Shown here piece by piece: positions 57,529-64,000 of a stretch of 64,000 nucleotides of DNA. The stretch is from the human T2T-CHM13v2.0 reference genome, Homo sapiens. Made by a program: the position numbers and the translations under genes. The stretch lies in the NCBI RefSeq assembly GCF_009914755.1, contig NC_060940.1; one strand, given 5' to 3'. Each line of letters opens with the position of its first letter. Position 1 is the first letter of the stretch. A model generated the notes under the pieces. It ran no database searches, was not told the origin of the DNA, and saw nothing but the letters and a program-made list of their open reading frames with translations.

Positions 57529-58567
57529 TATATCAACAGATAAAATCATCGGAGTGAATACATAATCTATGGAACAGGAGAAAATATTTGGAAATCATAT
57601 ATCTAGGGAGCAACTAATATTCAGAATACAAAAAGAACTTTTATGACTCAACCAAAAGAAACCCCAAATAACCCAATTAAAAAGGGGGCAAAGGACTTCA
57701 GTAGACATATCTCACATGAAGATATACAAATGACCTGCAAGCACATGAAAAGATGATCACCATCACTAATCATCATGAAAATGCAAATCAAAACCACAAT
57801 TAGATATAACCATACACCATTAGAATGGCTACCATAAAAAGTAATGCAAAATAACAAGTGTTGAGGAGGACGTAAAGAAATCATACCCTTTGTGGCACTG
57901 TTGGCATGACTGTGCAATGGTGTAACCATGATGGAAAACAGTAAGTTAATTCCAAAAAAAATTCAAAATAGAACTATCATATGATCCAGTAATCCCACTT
58001 CTTGGTGTATATGCAAAAGAACATAAAGTGGGATCTCAAAGAGTTATTTGCCCACCCATGTTCATAGCAGCATTGGTCACAATATCTAAGAGGTGGAAGT
58101 AACCCATATGTCTATTGACAGACGAATGGATAAACAAAATGAAATGTTATTCAGCTTTAAAAAGGAAGGAAATCCTGTCACATACTACAACATGGATGAA
58201 CCTTAAGGACATTGTGCTATGTGAAATAAGCCAGTCACAAAAAGACAATACTATATAATTCCACTTATATGAGCTATCTAAGGTAGCCAAATTCATAGAA
58301 ACAGAAAATCAGATGGTGGTTATCGGGGGCTAGAGAGGAGGTGGGAGGTGATTGTCTAATGGGTACAGAATTTCAATTTTACAACATGAAAAAGTTCTGG
58401 CAACAATGTAAATGTACATAACCCTACTGAACAGTATACTTAAAAATGGTTGAGATGGTAAATTTTATGTCACGTTTTTTACCAAAATTTTTTAAAAGTC
58501 AGGGAAGAATCCTAAGTCCAAAAGAGCTATCAAAAGGTTGTTTTGCTCCAAATATGTTATGCAGATA

Positions 58568-58571
<4 letters not shown>

Positions 58572-58609
<38 letters not shown>

Positions 58610-58620
58610 ATGTGTGTGTG
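58572..58620. repeat. (TG)n microsatellite
   Basis: Seen directly. Confidence 0.97.
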
Positions 58621-59184
58621 TTCACTCATTAAAAAGGAACTGAGAAAATATACTATTTGCCTAAACTCATCTCTTTGAAATAAAAAATATCAGTATATAA
58701 ATTTGTTTCCATTGCTCAGATTTCATTGTCCTCTCTAAGGTAAACTTTGACTAATCACTAAATGTGGCACTCTCTAATGCATATGATATATTAAAATATT
58801 AAAAGTTTGACCCAGGCTTACAGAGAAATGGGGCTACATGCTTTAGCTGTATGTCTCAGGGAAGGTAAGTGGTCTTTTTTCTGTGCTTTATGAACACTGA
58901 GCAGGGTCAGAGATCCTTTAAGAATTTCTTTACCAACTAATAGAGAGCTTTAGTGAAAACATAATCAGGAATATTCCAATTTATTTCTATTTGATTTCAT
59001 TTTACCATGTCAGTATTTCTTCAGAGCTATATGTCAAAGTGTCCCTTAAGTTATAGGAATAGGCTTCAAATGTTAGACATCGAAAATAATATTATGTTAA
59101 AATAAATATATTACTTCAAGGAGATTTGGTTTAAATTCTTTTAACCAGAGAACAAAAAGATGTGTCCTGGTGTTTCAAGAGCCC

Positions 59185-59395
59185 AGACTTAGTAATCAGA
59201 CAATCTTGTTTAAGTTTCATCCTGGCCATTTACTATAGGTGCTCGTTAAACTTCTTAAGTCTCTATATTTAAAAATCTATAAATTTAGAATGATAATTCA
59301 TACCCAGTTGAGTAATTAAAAGGATTACCTTTGTCTAATAAGGGACCTGACACATATAATATTTAATAAGTGGTAATAATAATTCATTGTTATTA
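59185..59395 (+). mobile_element. MIR
   Basis: atcctggccatttact...gacctgacacatataatatttaataagtggtaata. Confidence 0.6.
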
Positions 59396-59934
59396 TTACA
59401 GTAATTTAGAAAACTAAATATAAACAGTAATTATAGTATTATATAAATTTTAGTAGTACAAAACTATAAAGTAAAAGTGCAGGTATAATAAATGGTATTT
59501 ATATATTGTAAATATAATATTTATAAATAATAATGATACAGTATTTTAATATTTATTAGTCATTATTATTTAAAGGCTATAAAATGATAATAATGTAATA
59601 GTTTTGATGTTAAGTCAAAGCTATTCTACCCAAGTTATGCCGTAGTACAGAAGTAAATTACTATAACCTTTTGTATTACATGCATTGTCAGCATACCTGG
59701 GAGAATTACTACATCCAAAAGGACCACTCTTACGTCTCTGCAATTTTATAACTCTTTATGAGATTGTAGCAATCTGTCCACAGTACAATTCTGAACTTGG
59801 TGGTGATGGTGGTAAAAGCTGTTAGTAAAATCTTTCCCTATTTTTCTTTATGCGTAGTCAAGACACAGCATTTCTTGGCCAATAAAGCCAGCAGGACAAT
59901 ATCACGCTTGTGTTTATAGCATAGTAAGAGTCTC

Positions 59935-60150
59935 TTGTATTTGCATAATGCTCTAATGCTTTATAAAGCTCTTACCCATACAGTAAATTACTTGAGCTTC
60001 ACAATAACCCTGTATAACCACCTCCACTTTACGGCTGAGGAAATAAAATTCACCAGAAGTGAAAATCTTGTCCAAGGTGAGACATCAGTGAAATGTTTGA
60101 TTTGAGGTTTGATCCCTTTACTTGCAGTGTTTTTTTCTTTCTCATTATAC
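59935..60150 (-). mobile_element. MIR
   Basis: cttcacaataaccctgt...cacttttacggctgaggaaa...cttgtccaaggt. Confidence 0.75.
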
Positions 60151-60739
60151 CATTCCTCCTAAGTATCAGAATATCACTTGTGTATGTTGAGAGAAAATTT
60201 AGACAGTCGCTGAGGTTAGAGAATAAATTAAGTAAACCTGAAAAATGTTCGCGAATCTTGGTTTTCCAAACTTAAAATGATATTGCTCATGCTCACCCTA
60301 AAATCAATACAGTACAACGCTTTCTTTCAAACCTAAGTCGGTTCTATTTAATCATATCTATTTCCTGGTTTGCTCAGTCTATATGCCTGTACAAGTGATC
60401 ATCCAACCAGCTAACCCTCGTCACCCCCTATAATCTCTTGTTCATAACACTCATCTCAAGTGAGCTACTTATTTAACATTTGTCTCACCCATGAGATTTT
60501 TGTGACAGTAGAAACTCCAACCATCACACATCTCTGTATTTACCCTCTTTGCAATGTGAATTGTTGATACCTAACATTGTGTCAATTCTGACCCTAGGCT
60601 GTAAAAACGCTTTCATGTTTCCTCTTGTCTCTGCCAGCACTCTGAGATGAACATGTTTAGACAAGCCCAGTAGTCACAGATGAAAGATAAATGACAAGTA
60701 GAGAAGAGCCTAAATCAGGTAACATCTAGATATGTGAGA

Positions 60740-61593
60740 CACAATGTCAGCAAAAATGGTGAATGGAGGACCTCCAAAACTTCTCTGCTCTTTTCCACAA
60801 AAGCAGCAGGAATACTGCAAGAAATTATCATTATCAACATGTTCAGTGCCCTATAAATTAAAGGTTGCAACATTCTGGAAAGCATGTGTTCCAGAAAAAT
60901 GGCTAAATCTTGATGGGAACAGCAATCCTTATGACATTTAGCTCACCTTATTTTTATGACCCCCCCAGTTCCTGCTTCATGGTAACCTTGGAAACTAACT
61001 GCCCATAATCACAGGAAAACCAGTAACTTGAAAGCCACTGGAGAGGGAAGAATGGGATGCAGCTCTTTCAAGGTCCCATTCCCAGGGAATTATCATTATT
61101 TGTCTTGTCTGATGGTTCCTTAGATGACCCTATTCATAATGCTGTCTTTCCTTGAGATTTCTCAGGACAAACAGCATTCTCCCCTGGGAGCATTTGTTTC
61201 AAACCATCAGAGGCAACTGTTTAATTTAATGGCTGACTAAGGTGGCTTATGTCAGCTGGGAGAAGCAATTGAATGAGATGTTCATAGGGAGCTTTGCAAA
61301 GCCCTGACAGATTCCTGAAAATCTAGAAGACTGTGTGCATGTGCAAGAATGTGCATTCTCAGGAAACACCTGAGAAGGCTATAACTTCTCACCTATGGTT
61401 CATCTTGAGACTCAGCATGAGCAAGAAATGAAAATTAAGGTGAATTTGTAAACTACCCAGTTGAATGTTGAAGGCAGGCCTCAAAATGCACACCAAACCT
61501 CTTAGCAAAGATTTGAAACTTATTGGTTTCAAGCATTTGAGGAAATCCCTGCCTATTAGTTGACCACAAATTGAACTGACAACAACTGCATTA

Positions 61594-61636
<43 letters not shown>

Positions 61637-62135
61637 GTTATGACTTATGACTTCAGGCAAGTCATAACACAACAAGCAACAACAACAAGAGCAAATTCTG
61701 AGTAAGTGTCAAAATCTGATTTTTATATTTGTTAAATTATATTGTTTAAAATATCCAATTTTCAACAGAAAATTGCAAGACATGAAAAAATTAAGAAAGT
61801 AAAACTCATGCACAGGCAAAGAAGCAGTTAACAGAAATAGTCCCTCAGGAAGCCCAGATGTTGGACTTAAATCTTTCTGATTTTAAGTCAGCTATTTTAA
61901 ATACATTCAGAGCATTAAAGGAAGTCATACCTACAGAAATAAAAGAAAGTATACAAACAATGTCTCATCTAATAGAAAATATCAATAAAGAGAGAAGTTA
62001 TTAAAAAGGAACCCAATAGAAATTATGGAGTTAAAAACTGCAATAACTGAAATGAAAAATCCACCAGAGGAGTCAAATGTAGATTTTAAGCAGGCAGAAG
62101 AAAGAACTAGCAAACTTGATGAGTGGTCAGTTGAG
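60740..62135 (+). mobile_element. Old L1M 5'UTR plus ORF1 N-terminal fragment (no 3' end)
   Basis: ORF 62025 MELKTAITEMKNPPEESNVDFKQAEERTSKL resembles the ORF1p coiled coil; agcaaaaatgg 5' start. Confidence 0.75.
61595..61634. repeat. (CA)n microsatellite
   Basis: Seen directly. Confidence 0.97.
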
Positions 62136-62731
62136 ATGTGTGAGAGGGCCAATCAAAGATCAGCAGTGCCACTTAGCTGGACCTCTCTTAGGTCAGCCAA
62201 CTTCCAGCAAATCCCCATATTTTTGTGCTGTATAGATACTGTTGTGATTCTGAGATTTGATGGTTGTATGATATGCAGCATTTTTGTGGCCATAGTTGAG
62301 CAATACAGACTGTAAGGACCATGAGGGCCACTGATACATTTATGCTGTTCCCTGCTATACATCCAATGTCTGAAACTTAATAGATATTTATATCTAAATA
62401 TATGTTAAAATGATTTCCTTTTAATTGGAAAGTGCCCTGTTAGTTTAAGTTTAGTCTCCTCATTCATAGAATAAGCAAATTAAAGTGGTTTTTAAGAAGA
62501 TTATTCTCAAGACTTAAATTGCCTAATTGTTTACAGGTTGTCTGTAAAAACTTCTCAGCCTTAGTTGCATTGTATAGGATGAAAAAGTTCCACATAAATA
62601 ATAGAAATATTTATTGAATATTCCTAATGCCAGATATTGGAAGTGATTTAAGAACAATATTGACAAGTGGTTCTCCTATGCTTAAATAAAAAGAAAATGT
62701 CCTATAAATGGGCTATATCTTGTTAATTTTC

Positions 62732-62780
62732 TCAAGACATGATATTCCTAAATATCAAGACATGATATTCCTAAATATCA
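62732..62780. repeat. 23-bp tandem duplication tcaagacatgatattcctaaata x2
   Basis: Copies at 62732-62754 and 62755-62777. Confidence 0.95.
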
Positions 62781-63863
62781 TGTACTCTCTTAGTTCTCCA
62801 CCACACACCTAAAGTGCACTTACTTCATGGAAAACAGCTTTGTTTCCATAGTTACATTTCAATAGTATTATTTCAGCCCCACTCCATATAGTTTTTCTCA
62901 AAAAGGTTATAGCATCTTGATGGAAAGTCAAACTGCATTTAACATTTAACTATAAAAGTGTTTTTTATCGAATATAATTCTTTCATTTTCTGATCTGTAA
63001 TGTGAAATTTGAGGAAGAAGATTTCAAATGTAATCCCAAAATTAATGTACAAGAACAAAACTCTTTGAGATATTATCTTAAGTATTATATTTTGAAATCC
63101 AATTCAATATTCAGAAATGATTATTTTACCCATTAAGTTGTTGACAGACAACATTGCTGATAAACGTGTTTCTTCAGAGTCACTTCATAATTTAATATGT
63201 GACGTCATATCAAATCTGTCTCTGGCATGGCTTCCCCCTTTTACTGTCAAGTCCTCTTGCTGGCTGCCTCATGTCTTTGATTCTATGATGGTTGAGGGAA
63301 GATGTGCCCACTTTGAAGCATAGTATTCTTGACCATCTCATTTTCCTCCTAGCAAACCTCTGTCTCTTTTGTCTGTTTCCTCCCTCCTCAAATAGAAATA
63401 ATCCAAGTATTTTGTCAAGTATTATAGATCTTAATGTCTAAATATGTTTGACGTGTAAGATAACTTTTGTGTTTAGCACATTGACTGACATGTTTATGAC
63501 TGTTTTAATGAATGTTTACTATTTTTATTATTGTTATCACTTATTATGAAAATTGAAAGGCAGACTTTGGAGCACAGTCTCTCTAACCCAACCTGCTTCC
63601 TTGCTAGTTTCCTATGTTCCATACTGACATATTCTTCAGACATATTCATACATGTTCTCCACTCTAAGTGTAAAATGTTGTACAGTCTGATTTACTTGAA
63701 AATAAAATCTGACACTCCAATTTCAATTACTCTTTTAAAAATTTTGTTTTTCCACAATTTCCTGTTCAATAATATTCATTGTCTCAATATTCTGGGAATA
63801 TTTAGCTGATCATCTTCAGCAAGAAATGAGTCTGATGATAATTCTGTCTTGTTTCTTGGCAAA

Positions 63864-64000
63864 TTTTTTTCCATAAATTATTGGGGTATGGGTGGTATTG
63901 GCAGTTCTTGTACTTGGATGTCTAGGTCTCTAGCTAGGCCAGGGAAGTTTTTCTTCTTTATTCCCCCAAATATTTTTTCCAAGCTTTTAGAATTCTCTTC
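63864..64000 (-). mobile_element. L1PB-like element: 3' terminal ~38 nt joined to ORF1 sequence, runs off the window
   Basis: tttttttccataaattattggggta...ggtggtatt (L1PB 3' end) then tcttgtacttggatgtctaggtctctagctaggccagggaagtttt (ORF1 ENFPGLARDLDIQVQE). Confidence 0.75.

Larger units (their letters stand above)
60500..62307 (+). mobile_element. MLT1H-like LTR split into 60500-60739 and 62134-62307 by an L1 fragment
   Basis: ttctgaccctaggc...ctgagatgaacatg; 3' part ctgagatttgatggttg...gcagcatttttgtggccatagttgagcaataca. Confidence 0.6.

Noticed and set aside
58700-58870. Perfect donor AAG|GTAAGT at 58864
   Set aside because: Upstream acceptor is ambiguous, so no exon can be defined

Overview
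AT-rich, repeat-dense primate genomic DNA (AluY plus an L1PA2/L1PA3-age LINE-1 point to a hominoid, probably human; I cannot assign the locus). I find no recognisable cellular protein-coding gene, tRNA, rRNA or CRISPR array, so this is intergenic or deep intronic sequence. The dominant feature is a full-length ~6.05 kb LINE-1 (+ strand, 48436-54484) with TSD. Its ORF1 is broken by R110*, its ORF2 is open for 1035 codons (EN and RT motifs intact) before three clustered TAG stops, and its antisense ORF0 (71 aa) is intact. Also present: a solo LTR10C-like ERV1 LTR with four phased p53-like half-sites, an LTR37B-like solo LTR, many MaLR LTRs, 13 Alus or Alu fragments (many with TSDs), older L1/L2/MIR/HAL1 fragments, MER81 and MER44 DNA transposons and microsatellites. 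Nearly all short ORFs in the track are repeat-derived or chance. I did not find a convincing new biological system. The best leads are the L1 ORF0/antisense-promoter and truncated ORF2, the LTR10C p53 element, several structurally atypical retro-insertions, candidate + strand non-coding exons and a few palindromes. Repeat subfamily names come from recalled consensus sequences and need RepeatMasker/Dfam confirmation.
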